Source: Chrysomallon squamiferum | Taxonomy: Eukaryota > Animalia > Mollusca | NCBI GenBank assembly: GCA_012295275.1 | Contig: CM022679.1 | Span: forward strand, 22,010,001 to 22,074,000 | DNA length: 64,000 nt | Direction: 5' to 3' | The notes under the pieces: generated by a model | Told to the model about the DNA's origin: nothing | What the model saw: the letters and a program-made list of their open reading frames with translations, nothing else | The model's database searches: none | Program-made: the position numbers and the translations under genes | Shown here: positions 38,835-54,593 of the stretch, one piece after another | How the letters are laid out: each line of letters starts with the position of its first letter | Numbering within the stretch: the stretch's first letter is position 1

Positions 38835-39709
38835 ACATACACACGTTGCTTTTACTGTTGTTGTTTTTCACACTGGAGTCCGCTACCATGCCAGCTGCCA
38901 AGTATTGTTGGTGCGTCTGAAAAAAAAAAAAAAAAAAAAAATCCAACCGATGAAAGGACTGAAAAGAAAGAAAGTCGATGGAGTCGATCAGGAACCACTG
39001 GTCTTTAACTCGGAGCATCATGGCAACGCCCTCTTTATTTCGACGAGTATCCACAACAACACGACGTAAACTAACCGCGAGCAGTGAGTACTTGGCGATC
39101 GGCAGAACGTGAAAACACTGATCCCCGCAGTGAATTGATTATTGGTAAGTACGAAACAATGCCAACGACAGGAGGAGCGCATCTGTACTCGAACAACCTT
39201 TTTTTTTTTTTTTTTTTTCCTTTGCAGAAAATAGCTGCTTAAGAATGACTCCTTCTGCTCTCCAGTGCTTTATTGGGCTTTCGTAATGGCATTGTCTCTC
39301 TGGCAGATAAGAATCGCTCGTATACGTAAGTTCCTTATGTCTGAAGCCGGCTTATTTACTGATAGCAAGCACCAAGACTGCAATTCCGTCAAAGACTGGG
39401 AATGTCGAATCATTTTTTTTTTTGTGGCGATGAGAAAGGAGTGTTTTGTAATGTGCAATGAGGGTTAATGGACCGTGACTGTGAAAATTTCCTTTAATTG
39501 ATATTCAGTACAATTCTCTGCTCTGTTATGCAGTATCAAACGACGGTTATGAGGTATATTAAATCAATTTATGTGCCATCTTACGTTAGATCATAATGTG
39601 CGGTTTACGCTCCATTTGAATGAATAAAGAACTGTAATAATAAATAAACAAACAAACAACAAACAAACATAAAAAAAAGAAATAAATAAAAGTAATAAAA
39701 ATACAAAAA

Positions 39710-39748
<39 letters not shown>

Positions 39749-39814
39749 CAAATAAATAAATAAAATCAGAAATTAAAAGTTAGGGAAAATTTTTAAATGA
39801 TCCTATGGCAAGCT

Positions 39815-39848
<34 letters not shown>

Positions 39849-40734
39849 CACTAACAAATCTTTACAATGTTTTTATAAGACTTCTATCATTTCTGTCTTT
39901 CATAACTGATTCATCAAAAACTGCAAATGTAATTTCAAGTCCTCGAGAAGGTCTTATAAAAAAAATCCTTGCTCTTTATGAAACCCCCCCAAAAAATAAC
40001 ATTCATCAACTCTGTTATTGTTAAATACGTGAAAATCAACGACGCCAATTTAACTAATATTAAAAACATTTTAAGTGCCTCATTTAAATAAAAACTTTTG
40101 TTGTTGGTGCTTTCCTTTTTTTTTTTTCTTTTCTTTCCATCTTCTTTCTCTCCGTGCTGTTTGTTTTCACGACGTAAATCAAACTCGGACCGCTTGGACA
40201 ATGGTCATTATAGACAATGGTCATTATAGACACTGTTTTGTTTTCTTTCGGTCTATGTGGGAAACGCGAGGAACGAAAAATCTTAAGCGAGGAATGATAG
40301 CGTCATTCCTTCGTGGTGTGCCACAAAAGAAATTTAAAAAAAAGAAGAAATTATTTCTGGTTTAGTTTCCATTCCTTTTCCATTTACCAGCATTCAAAGG
40401 CGTCCAAAACTGGAGGCGAAATGATGAAAGTATTTGTCATTTGACAGTGATTATTTTTAAAATGATGACAATGAAATGTTATTGTGATTAGGATACATTT
40501 TCTAACGGTATCTAGAACCCATAAAATATAAAATAATAAGATGCCTTGACAAAGAAAACACATTAATCTTAGATGATGGAAAGTCCGCTGGCTTGGGAAA
40601 ATGATTCAGGAACTGGGAAATATTGTGAGAAAAAGCCCATGAGAGAGAGAGAGAGAGCCTTAATTGTTTTCGTTTAGTGAATATCTCGGAAATTTGGGTG
40701 TATTGGGAAATAGAGACTAAAAGCATTGTGAGAG

Positions 40735-40851
<117 letters not shown>

Positions 40852-41469
40852 GATGGAGAGTCCACTAACTAACGCAAACGATTATTCTACTGTATTTTAA
40901 CGAAACATAACTCTATTTTGAAAATTTAAAAAAAAAAAAAATAAAAAATAAAAAATCATTAATTAAACTAAAACTAAAACCAGTTGAAAAGAGTTTACTA
41001 TAATTAATAACAATCCCTGAAGCAACTATTCATTTACATAAAACACTCTCAATTTTGGCACTTTTCGTGTATCCTATGAATTGTAAATAGCATGCAGCTT
41101 GTTAGGTCTCCGTATTTAGCCTAGTCTAAATAAATAATCAAATTACACGTAGCTCATCAGCTCGGACACAAGCCACTTTAATAACCATCATTTACTGAAA
41201 CAGACGAAGTTTCTGTCGGAGATAATTGCAATGCATTAATCACGTCTTCGTCTGTTCATATACTGCAGCAAATAAATCAATCACCTGTTTTTGTTTTTTG
41301 AAGTTTTGCCCATTCCAGAAAAAGCTTGTGACTTGTGGGTCTGTGACATATACCTAATACTATCCGTTCCCATCACATTATGATGTCATCAATAAAATAC
41401 ACTACTCATCTTAATTAATTAATTAATTGCCTAGTCTACGTCATACAATGCTTTCATATGATCGATCTC

Positions 41470-41945
41470 TTCCCTGTATCGTTCAACAATATTGTTTATT
41501 ACATATGTGCATTCCCTAGTATATTTTACGTCATACGGTCACCCCCTTTTATGGTTTAGCAATAATTGTTGTCCATATTTTATTCCCTCGTGTGTTCTAG
41601 GTCATATAATCTCTCCCTGTTATCGTTTAGCAATAACTTCTGTCCATATTTTTATTCCCCAGTAATTTCTACGTCATATAATGTTTTCATCGGAATATTC
41701 TCTGGTATAGTCCAGCTTTTTATTCTCTAGTATATTTTACGACGTATATATTCATTCCCTATCATTGTTTAGCAATAACTTTTGTCCATATTTTTATTCC
41801 CTAGTGTGTTTTACGTCATATAATCATTCCCTGTCATTGTTTAGCAACAACTTTTGTCCATATTTGTATTCCCTAGTGTGTTTTACGTCATATAATCATT
41901 CCCTGTTATTGTTTAGCAATAGGTCTTGTCCATATTGTATTCCTT
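41470..41945. repeat. 72-bp minisatellite, about 6-7 copies of graded divergence
   Basis: ttgtttagc at 41765, 41837 and 41909; unit ccctgtcattgtttagcaacaacttttgtccatatttgtattccctagtgtgttttacgtcatataatcatt. Confidence 0.9.
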
Positions 41946-42673
41946 AATATATTCCTGTGTCTACAAACGAACGCTCACGGCTATAATGTTTGTCCATATT
42001 ATCGCTGGGTTATTCTGGTTTACAGCTGCGTTAGAAATCATAAAAACGAAATAAAAACTCGGCAGATTCGGCGTTACTGAAGGAAGTTGGCTGCACCGAA
42101 TGTTTACCTTAACCTGAACTGTATGTATATATATCTAACGATTTATCGTTTCCCAGCGTACCTCTGCTAACACCTGGCCGAGCTTCAGATAACAATGGGC
42201 GACGGGTAAAGCCAGGTAAGTAAATATGACAGTGATAACAACGAAGTATTGAGGCAACTGCAAACAAAAGTTAAAATGCGTCAAGGAGTGGTTAGATTAA
42301 AAAAAAAAAAAAAAACAGAGGTTGTTAAGTTATGTCTGCTTATGATGTGTGTATGTGTGTGTGTGTGAAAGAGTTATTAATAGATAGAAATAAAATTTAC
42401 ATGCTCATATATTGACAGAGACACAGAGACTTGCGCGTGTGTGTGTGTCTATCTGTTTCTGTCTGTGTGCGTATGTGTTTATTATTTTCACCATGGATTA
42501 AAGGAAGTACTCTCTGGTACATCATTAATAAAATGTATATATGAAAATGGAATCGCAACATGTGTATTTCTAAATATCCCAAAGATAACGTATTTACAGA
42601 TGTCATTAGGTCCTATCTCATGAGGAAGGCCATATATATATATACATACATACATACATATACATATACATAT

Positions 42674-42760
<87 letters not shown>

Positions 42761-43521
42761 CACAGACACACATGTAATTTAAAACATTAAAATGCTAATA
42801 TCTACACGGTGAATATGGTTTAAGGCGACGACTTCGCGTCCCGAGTGAAACCCAGCCGACTGGTGTCAGCGGCGACCGAGTGTCTGGCATTCCTCGACGA
42901 CCGAATCACACGGGGTGAGCGACAAACACGTGTCTCGCAGGTGTTTAACACGACCGCCAGAGCGGATCAGTTGATTACCGGCAAGTTCCGCCTCGGTGCG
43001 TACAAGCCGACAACAGGTGGGCAAAGCTGTTATCCAGTTATCGGAGAAACGCGGCGTTCCAGCTTTTTTGACACCCCCACCCCCTTCTCCACCCCACCCC
43101 CATCCCCACAGGTGTTTCGTCTTCTTGACAGTAAACAGAATTGACCCATTGTCAAAGTTAGTGAAGTAAATTTAGGTTCTTTTTTTTTTTTTTGTATGAT
43201 GTTTGTTATTTACTAGTATATTTCCATGTTTATTTTATTTTATTTTATTTTAGTTTAGTTTAGTTTAGTTAAGTTTATGTTTGTTTGTTTGTTTGTTTGC
43301 GTATGAATGTTTTTCCTTATTTAAACCCATTACTATTATTATTATCAACTTCTGTTGTTAAGATGGTAAAATTAAATATCACTTTTTATTTTCCACTATA
43401 ATTTAAAAAAAATAATAATAAAAATAAATAAATAAATAAATAAATAAAATAAAATAAAAATAAAAAAAAAGTGAAAAAAAAACCTTATTAAGTATTTAAT
43501 TACTATTATATTACTATTTTA

Positions 43522-43579
<58 letters not shown>

Positions 43580-44917
43580 TTTTATCATCAACTTACCATC
43601 ACACGAAAACCTAGTCGCAAAATCTGTTCACGGTAAAATTATATTTAGTTTCTTTTTTCTCCTTTCTCTCCTTTCTCTCCCTGAATAAAATTGTTTCCGA
43701 AATGTTATATGTTTGTATTTGAAAATAGGTTAGAAAAACATCTTGTATTCATTCGCGCTGAATAGCGCCACCGTGTGGGAGCGCTGTGCTGATAATACTA
43801 ATGTACAAACAAGAAGCTGGTGTCGCTAGTTCGACGGGACACGAACCAGATTTCACAAGAATGCCTTATTGAATTTTGTCGAGAACGTGACCCTAACCTT
43901 TGACCTTTTGATTGCACACCTGTGGACGCGTACTAACAGTGCATGCCAGCGAGATGATCTCACAGGAGAAATTCACACAGGTGTGGTTTGTATGCTAAAC
44001 ACAAAAAAAATAATAATAATAATAAAATAAAAAAAAATAAAATAGAAAAAAAGAAAAAGAATAAAAATATTCAGTCTGTTTTGTTACCGTTTAGAAAAAG
44101 AATAGAAGACAGGACAGAACAAAAAAAAAAAAAAAAAAAGGCTTCGCAGTTTCTTAATTGATGTAGGAATGTTAAATGTGTCAATTAAATCATCTATCCG
44201 TTTAGCGAAGTGGCGAAACCCGATTCCAGTGTATAAAAGGTCTTTTCTCTAAAGTTTCCGGCTCGTTGCCCGCGTGCAAGGCAAGCTTTCCAATTATTTT
44301 CTTCTTATGGCCGCGTTGGCGCCAAGGGTCCGACTCCCGTACGTTTTCTGACTGCATTCCGATACATTTCCATATTGTTGAAGCTTCGCTTGGTGTTAGT
44401 GTGGGGTCGCTGAGCCACAATCGACTACTTCAAGCAAGCCGCAGTCACGCCAGCCTCTTGCGCTGGATGATAAGTAAAACGGCGACACTGTGTGACTGCG
44501 ACAATACGATCGAATGAACCCCTTGTCAAATTATCTCTCACCACCTTTTTTTTTTCCATTTTCTTTTTTAAATATTTTTTTTTTTTTTTTTTTTCTGTTT
44601 AGTGATGTCGACCTGCGACAAATATAAGAAGGTTGCCCGGGTCACAAGTGTTAATCTATACCGGTAAAGATTTGTTTTTACTTCTATGTCTGTTTTTAGT
44701 GGGTTTTTTGTTTTGTTTTGTTTGTTTGTCATGAGTAACCGAATACAAACGCGTATACTGACAACTGTGAAGTAATAAGTATTAAAGAAACATTAACTAA
44801 TCTTTTTACAGAGACGCCGAGCCGCCAGTTGGTTATATATATGTGTGTATTGAATATCTTTTTGTTGTTTGTTAATTTGGTTTTTGTGTGTTTTTTTTTT
44901 TTTAATTTTTTTTTTTT

Positions 44918-44975
<58 letters not shown>

Positions 44976-45347
44976 GTTGTTGTTGTTGTTGTTATATTAT
45001 TATTATTGTTTATTTATTTATTTTATTTAATAGAAAAACAACAAAATAAATAGATTAAAATAATAAATATTTGTTTAATGCTATTATTGTTACTGCTGCT
45101 ACTATGTTGTAACAGTTACTGTGGCAATTAACACTACAACACGAACAACAACAACAACTACTACTACTACTATTACTTCTGCTGCTGCTGCCGCTGACAG
45201 CAATTCAGTTACTAGAGCCCCGCAATAATAATATTATTATAATGTTACAGGCTTCATTCACTTTAGTTTTATTCGCACTGTTTTATAATATCAACGTTTC
45301 ATAACAATAAAGTATTACTGTAAAACAAGAAATTCAAACACAAAAAA

Positions 45348-45396
<49 letters not shown>

Positions 45397-45606
45397 GCAG
45401 AGAAAAAAACTACCATTCTCCTTTATTTCGTGACGTCAGTTCGTACAGGGATTTTTTTTTTAAAGACCGTATAATAAATAAGAATTTGGTTTTTTTTTTT
45501 TTTCAGTTGAACTATCTGTAATATCATTTAAATAATTCGCGATTTAAAAACCGAGATAACATATTGTTAGTTAGACAGTACTAGACTTTTTAGTTTTTCT
45601 TTAATA

Positions 45607-45640
<34 letters not shown>

Positions 45641-45713
45641 CAATAATAATAACAATAATAATAATAATAATAATAATGATGATGATGATAATGATAATAA
45701 TAACAATAATAAC

Positions 45714-45748
<35 letters not shown>

Positions 45749-47121
45749 TAATAATAATAATAATGATGATGATGATGATAATGATAACAACAGCAGTACA
45801 ACAACAGAAACAGCGACAACAACATGAGGAGATGAAGAAGAATTACAGTGTTTACAAGAAAGACAAGCTATTAAAAATGGCCGACTGGCCTACCAAAGGA
45901 ATGAAACATCTCGACTCAGCAAAGTTCCCGCAGACGCGAAAAACCTGCATTATTAGAAGAATATCAATCATTCCAGCTAAGGGCCAAATCAATAGACGAC
46001 AAAAATTACAGCCAATAGTCGTTTAGTTTGGCGAGAAAGCATCAGCTGCACCGCTGTGCAGGGTCAGTCAGTTATCTCACAGCGCCACCTGGCGGTTCCA
46101 GCCAGGCCAAAATCAATATTACAAAATCGACCATCGTTCATAATGACTGAACAATAATTGTGGAATCCTAGAGAATAAAAAAAAAAAAAAAAAAAAAAAA
46201 GGAGAAAGGGGAAAAAAAAAAGAAGATAAAAAGTTGAAGAAGGGAAAGAAAATAAAAACGGACTAAAAGAAATTTGTAACATATTATTTACAAATTTGTA
46301 AAAAAAAATTGTTTTTATTATTTGCAAACGATTTTGGTATTTGATATTGGAGTACTACTACGACAACGTTGATGATCAACAGCTGCTGCATGATAAGAAA
46401 AAAAAAAGAAGAAGAAGAAAGAAGAAAAAGAAGAAGAAATTTAGAGTGATAAAATAAATATTCAATTTTTTCACCTTCTTTTATTAATTCATTATAAAAA
46501 ACGATCCTTCAGTAGACATAGAGAGCTACGCAGACAGATAGACACACAGATAGACACACAGAGAGACAGACAGTCCATATAGATGTAGTGTTACTGATTA
46601 ACACCTGCCAACACACACGAAACAATATCCATGCAATCGTAGACAGACAGAGATACAGACAAACTGATTGATGTATAGACAGACAGATGGACAGATAGCT
46701 AATCACAAATGTATAGACAGATTAGACACACATACAGATAGACAGCTAGATATACATACAGACAGACATACAGATAGACAGCTATATAGTTAGACAGATA
46801 TATAGATAACATTACGGATTAGCGGCAAGAAATTGTATATGTGTACCTTCTCGTTAACAGGAAAAAAATGTAGTATTCATTTAATGACAGACGTTAGTAG
46901 TGTGTGGGTGTGTGGACTCACTCATCCTGCGAGAAACAGACAGATCCGATGAAAGAAGATGAAGGGAGTTCGATTTTTACTTTAACAACATTTATTTCTG
47001 CTTTACTCTTTCAATTATTTATCATTTAGCGCGATCACCGAGTGAGTAAACAATGTTAACTAATTATTAACGTCAGTGAAACAATATAATAATAACAATA
47101 AAATATATATATATAATAAAA

Positions 47122-47161
<40 letters not shown>

Positions 47162-48569
47162 TTAATAATAATAATAGTAATAATAGTAATAATAATGAAT
47201 AAAAATAATAAAAAATTTAATAATAATAATAATAAAAAGTAATAATAAATATAATACAACAACAACAACAACAACAACACTAAAAGATGATGATGATGAT
47301 GATGATGATAACAATAAAAACCTAGAGCTATAAAGAATATATAACGTGGAGAGAAAAAGTAAACAGACGTTATAAACGGTTTGTGATCGTATCACACTCT
47401 CAAACATTATCTACTCGGTGCTTTGCTTATCGCGAATTCAGTTTAGATTAATCCGAACACGATGTCCTGCCGCCGCCGTTATTGTAGTCGAAAGCGAGGC
47501 CAACCCAACCCCCCACCCATCCACCCCCCACGTTCAATGTGTAACTGTTTCTCCCTCGTCTTCTGTCAGCCGTTAAGGATTCATCGAAGCGGAAACGTCC
47601 TGGAAACTGCTGCCAGATATTTTAATACAGCAGCAGGCAGGAATTTTTGTCGATTAAGTGTTTTGGTTTGTTTTTTTTTTTTTTTGCGTCGGTGTGTAAC
47701 TTTACGTTTGAAATTACGATCATTTAATGGTTTATTAAACAGTGGCTTGATAATAAAAATAAACGAATGGTGAAAACATTTCTAGACAAATTGAGAACGT
47801 AACTATGTTTTTTTTTTTTCTTTTCTTTTCTCTAATCTGTCAGTGTTTAGAAAAAGTCTGCTAATTGTGTTACCTCTATCGAAGGAACTTGTGTCTACAA
47901 AACGTGTCTGTGTCTACTAAAGGAGCCTATGTCTACTGAAGTTTCAGTGGCCAAGACACTGTTATAAAACTTACATTAGCGATAATTATCTGTCTGTCTG
48001 TGTGTCTGTATCTCTTTTTCTCACAGACAGTTGCATATGCACGTAGACATATTATATATATATATATATATATATATACAGAGGTAAGATGACAGATAAG
48101 AAAGAGAGATATATATATAAATAGATACATAGGTAGATAACGACATTTCGGTAACAGAATACAAAACGGCAGTGACATAACGACGGTGTCATGATTACAA
48201 AAAAAGTCATGAATATTTAAAAAGTATTTCAGAACACGTAACAGACTATGAAATTCCAGGAATATGACTTCTGGTGATAGTAGGGCGGATCCACCTTAAG
48301 AAGAAAAAAAAATGACACTGTACTGAGTGAAATGAATAAACTAATTAGAATTGTTTTGACGATAGGTCGACTTATTTTTATACTGAAAAGTGAGGAATAT
48401 TTACTACGTTCCCTCCCATAGTCGTACCTGAACACATTCACGCATGCATGCACGCGCGCTCACACACACATACATATATTCATACAGACACACATACATA
48501 CATACATTCATATACACACACATATACACACATATACGTACATATGTACACATACATACATACACACAC

Positions 48570-48606
<37 letters not shown>

Positions 48607-49058
48607 TACATACATACATACACATATACACACATGCAAATACATACACATACGTACACATATCCACACATACACACACACACACACATAAATACAAACA
48701 TACATAAAACAGATTAAATTACGCATTAAGTGGAATACTGTAATTATTTGTTAACAGACTTGCCAGCAATCATCAAAGAGAAAATAAACAGATGTATTAG
48801 GCTACAGTCAGTGTGAAACATGATACGTCAATATGTACTGCATGTTGTTTCAAAAGTCGTCGTAGTACATGTATAGCTAGCTAATTTGAAATTGACATTG
48901 GTTGTGTAATTACTATTGTTTTCAAATACGGTTAGTGTATAAATGTGTCACCTAGCTACACGTGTGCACTCAAAGCTTATAGACTGATGTGTTATTTGTT
49001 TCAAAGTGTTAGAATTAGTCTAAATATATCTTCAAAGATATATATATATATATTTATA

Positions 49059-49123
<65 letters not shown>

Positions 49124-49202
49124 GTTGTTGTTGTTGTTGTTGTTACCGTTCTCTAACACCGGTGCACTCTAAGCAAACAAATGAGAGAGGAGGATGAAGG
49201 GC

Positions 49203-49292
<90 letters not shown>

Positions 49293-49539
49293 GCACTGAC
49301 ATGATTAGACACAAGATGGATAGAAAGAGACAAAGAGAAAATAAAGGAATGATAAATGAAAAAAGTTATTATTACTGTTGTTATATGTGGTGCAGAAGTT
49401 AGGTGTAAATTTTATAATATTTTTTTTATATAAAATTAATTAAAACTGACTGTCGATCTCGAGTTAGATTTAATCAGTGTTTTGTGTCGCAAAATTAATA
49501 TGAAATGTCATGATGTTATGATAGACCCAGGATAAATTA

Positions 49540-49603
<64 letters not shown>

Positions 49604-50210
49604 GTAGGAGAATAAGAAAAAGAAGACGAAGAAGAAGAAGAAGAATTAAATTCATGCCATTAAAAAAAATACATTTTACAACTGAAAGCGGCTGCATGAG
49701 TTTGAACTATTCATCACGATAATAGTAATTCAAACATCAACAGTAAATAATGGCATATTGACGCTTCAACGAATGTTTACCGATGTTTTGTTGATTTATT
49801 TATTTACTTTTAATTTATTATTTATAAATGTAATTAAAGACCAACAACATTCCAAATAAAAACAAGAAAAAGAAAAAAAAAAAAAAAAATTCTATACGTT
49901 TACACAGACTTATTTTTATTTATAGTTACCATGGGATCTTTGCGAAAGTGAACGAGGTCATGTCGGTCGATCTACGAACACAAACGATCATTCACACTCG
50001 ACCGGGCTTTCGGCATTCCTCGGCTGACCTCGGTAAGCCACCTGTGATGACCACAAACAGCCGACAATTACCACTAATAAGACCATTGTCACCTGCTCAG
50101 CCAAATGGCCGGGGGCAACCGAGCGCTGGCCTCACTGCAAAGGCTGGCTGGGAGGTGACGGCGTCAAGTGAACGTGAGCCAAAGGTTAAACTATTGTAAC
50201 AGCTTGTAAC

Positions 50211-50249
<39 letters not shown>

Positions 50250-50392
50250 AGTGGGTGTCGACTTGCCACCGATGTGATACAAATTAAAACTTGTGTACTC
50301 TTTATTAGAAGAAAGTCAGTGTGAACAATAAGAGACAGAGAGAAACACACACATGTATTTATATTTATATTTCTATCTATTAATAACTCTTT

Positions 50393-50424
<32 letters not shown>

Positions 50425-50440
50425 GATACACACACACACA

Positions 50441-50475
<35 letters not shown>

Positions 50476-50594
50476 TAATATTATTGTGTATCCTTCTGAC
50501 TTTTTTCTTCTTCTTTTTTTTTCACGTTTGTTTACTATTAAAGATTATAAGTATCACTAATATGTTTATATAATTATAATTATGATTATAAGAA

Positions 50595-50750
50595 AAAAAC
50601 TCGCTGCAAACACTGCATGGGTTACTCTTTTACGAATAGCAGCAAGTGATTTTTTATATATTAATTTATATTTAATAAGCCAGTTGTGGAGCAAACGCTA
50701 GAACGAGCAATAGATTTAAGTGTGTGACGGGGAGGTTTGATCCTGTAATC
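50595..50750 (-). mobile_element. Degenerate SINE-like fragment
   Basis: gggttactcttttacgaatagcagcaag...ccagttgtggagca...gaacgagcaatag resembles, from memory, the reverse complement of an abundant gastropod tRNA-SINE; not verified by search. Confidence 0.4.
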
Positions 50751-50847
50751 GGCCAAACTGGGACAATACGATCGAATGAACCCCTCCACAAATTATCCTC
50801 ACCACCTTTTGTTTTCTTTTTTTCTAAACAGACGGTTTCTGTGTAAA

Positions 50848-50964
<117 letters not shown>

Positions 50965-51240
50965 TGATGATAATAAAATAATTGAGTAAATAGAAGCAGG
51001 TTTCGTTTAACAGCTTCCAGGTTGAATTAATTTTCTGTCTATAAAAGATAAGTGTAAAGTTGAAAACAAAGAGAGTTTTCTAAAGAATTTTTGTTTTTTG
51101 TTGTTTTTTTTCGAAATGTCTGGGTTAGTGTTACTCATCTGAATCTCTCAGCTGACAGCAGTTGTGAATCTCAAATCAAATCAATGTTAATTAAATTTTA
51201 ACTACTGCTACCGAAGGTTTCATGATGTGTAATACTTTGC

Positions 51241-51352
<112 letters not shown>

Positions 51353-51568
51353 CTATATATATATATATGTGTGTGTGTTCCTGTCTTTGATTTTTCTCTT
51401 ATCTTTATCTGTTTCAGTCTGTTACATAATTGTTTTTAAATACTTTCTGACTCCTATACTGTTCATTTAAATATTTATGTAATTACGTAAACATTTATAT
51501 AAGAGCGAACAAACGCAAAAATATGAAATACAAATTAAGAATCAAACATAATTACATAACAATATAAC

Positions 51569-51616
<48 letters not shown>

Positions 51617-51710
51617 CATGTACTTATCTATCTATCTGTATATATATATATATATAACAAATTAAACACGCAAATGAATATTATTCACACAACACAGGCA
51701 GCGATTAAAA

Positions 51711-51749
<39 letters not shown>

Positions 51750-52206
51750 CTACGGGTGAAAGTTTAACCTGCTGTCTGCGAATACACGTCAACACTTTAT
51801 TTCTGTTTCGAGACGTCTACTGCTTGCTATCTATCACCTGCCTTATCTCGGTCGGCAGCTTACAGCAAGCAAGCAGTGCGATCACAACCATAATAAACTG
51901 GGAAAAAGCATGCCCAAACACCACCACACCAGTCTGTTTGCCGGGTTACCCAATGCCAGAAGACATTTTTTTTTTTTTGCCTTCATTGGTAAGTGCAAAA
52001 ACTGTGTGTGCAACAGGTGTTGAGTTTCAGAGAGCGTCTTATCGCTTTCTCGAAAACTTAGCGACCTCTTCACCTTCTCGCTGGCAGCAGAACACGGCGC
52101 CTGAGGGTGTGTGTGTGTTTTTTTTTTCAAATCGTGAGAGACATAGAGATAGAGAGTGAAGAGAGAGAGAATGAGAGAGAGGGAGGGAGGGAGGGACGGA
52201 GGGAGG

Positions 52207-52282
<76 letters not shown>

Positions 52283-52288
52283 AATAAC

Positions 52289-52327
<39 letters not shown>

Positions 52328-52828
52328 AACCAACAAACAACAACAACAACAACAATAATAATAATAAAAAAAGAAAAACAGAAGAAAAAACTATAATACA
52401 GAATTTCGTCTATGTATGCGAAAAGGAAGTAAAATCCGGTTTCTTTATTTTTTCCACTTTTTTTTTTTGTTGAGAATCTGCGGACCACCTGTGTTCTTAC
52501 TGCATGGCCCCGAGGCAATGATGTCATCATGTTTTTTTACGAAAACCAACATATCCTGAGCACTGCCCCTCAGTTACATAGTGCGATATTGTTTTGTAGA
52601 TAGCCTATCTCACACACACACGTGTTCCCTGTCTGAGATCACAAGACAAAGCGACTCGTTCTTCACAATCTAACATATTTTACTTGACAAGGGTCAGGTG
52701 TTAGTCAAATCAAACACACTTGTCACAACACGATTTTCTCTCTCTTTATACACTTCTGTTTCTTTCCTTATCTCTTTTTGTCCTTCTCTGTATAATTATC
52801 GCTGGCTCGCCTAGCCTGCACATCTGTA

Positions 52829-53021
<193 letters not shown>

Positions 53022-54541
53022 TCATACATGTAAATATAGACAGAGATTATATGTATAGGCCTACATATATACAAACACACAAGTAGATCACACACACACA
53101 CACACACAAAAAAAAAACAAAAAAAAACGACAACACCTTTTAGTAATTTTCTGTTACAGAGTGTACATAAACAGATCATTAAAAAGTCTCATCCAAAGGT
53201 CAGATTAGTAAATATTTCATTACCGTCAGTCCTCAAGCTATTTTAGGAATCTGAGAAAAATCAAGCACTAATTTAATGAAGCGATGACCAAGCACCGCTG
53301 AGCTGGACCACGTTTAATTGCGTAGAACACACCACAGCATCTGTTGTAACTCCGAGTTAATGGCTATTGTACTGAAGAAGAATCGGCGCCATTTTAAAGT
53401 CTGTACCAAAATATCTCAGTTGAATTAATTAGAAAATTTTATGTTCTTTTCTTTTTTCTTTTCTCTTCTCTTCTGTTAAGTCGTTCGTCTGGATGTGTGG
53501 TCGGTACAAAAGGTTAAGAAACAGAAATGAGACGCGGAGAGTTCTTAGATCGAGTCTTCAGAAAGACAAGAAGTAGATGGGTGACAGTCGCAAAACACTT
53601 GTGATATTTGTGAATTCAACAAGTATAGGTCTTTTCAGGGGCGGGACTGGTATGTTAGGAAAGAGGGTGTCATTACTGTGATCAACTATATGAATGTATG
53701 TAATCTGATATGATGTAAGGTAAAATACTAATATTCATGGAGAATACAATATACATATAAACTTGTGTACGAAATGAACGTATTCATAGACAGATACATG
53801 TCTACAAAGACACGTATACTCATATATATATATATAAATATATATGTATCATTATGTGTTCACACACACACACAAACCCCCCATACACACACATACACAC
53901 ACGAACACATGCATGTATTTACATAAGCAATTATATATCAAAAAAAAAAAAAAAAATACAAGGAATGCCGCAGACTTTCGGCAACCTGTTTCGAAAAATT
54001 GAAAACGACTTGTACAAGACGCGGGGAGAAGTAGCAGAACTCTTACTGAGAACGATAGCGAGGCGAAACCACGCGCAGACTCGTGTTGGAGTGAAACAGA
54101 CACAGCCAGGAGCCGTTCACTTTCTCGTATTGGCGATAACAAACCATTTTTTTCTTTCTTTTCTTAATACCTCTGTTCCTGATGACGATATCACCATCAG
54201 CTGTTGCAAGCATTATTCTTCAACAGAACGAGAGATTTGTTTCTTTGACAAGGCGGGCAAGCGATGGCATGACCAGAATTACCCAGTGGATACGAATGGT
54301 ATTACACCCCACCCCCTGTGAGCGATATGTGAAGCTAATACTGATTAATAAGAACTCTTAATTTTATGTTAATGTTTTAACGAGCTGCCTGACTTCGCGT
54401 CTGGTACATCATAATGTACTGCCTACTGGCTCCTGCATCTGATGTAACGTTTGGAGAAACTTTAAACAGACTTAATGTACAGTTCATCATGATACGTGAT
54501 ACAATATATCACACTGCCATCTCGATGCATGATACAGTATG

Positions 54542-54593
<52 letters not shown>

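Noticed and set aside
41765-41947. ORF with a 24-aa repeat
   Set aside because: Product of the 72-bp minisatellite; no start context or splice support
53470-53660. Possible SINE head remnant
   Set aside because: Too degenerate to define boxes or boundaries
53854-54321. 155-aa ORF
   Set aside because: Starts in a CA microsatellite and crosses a poly-A run; no domain similarity or coding bias
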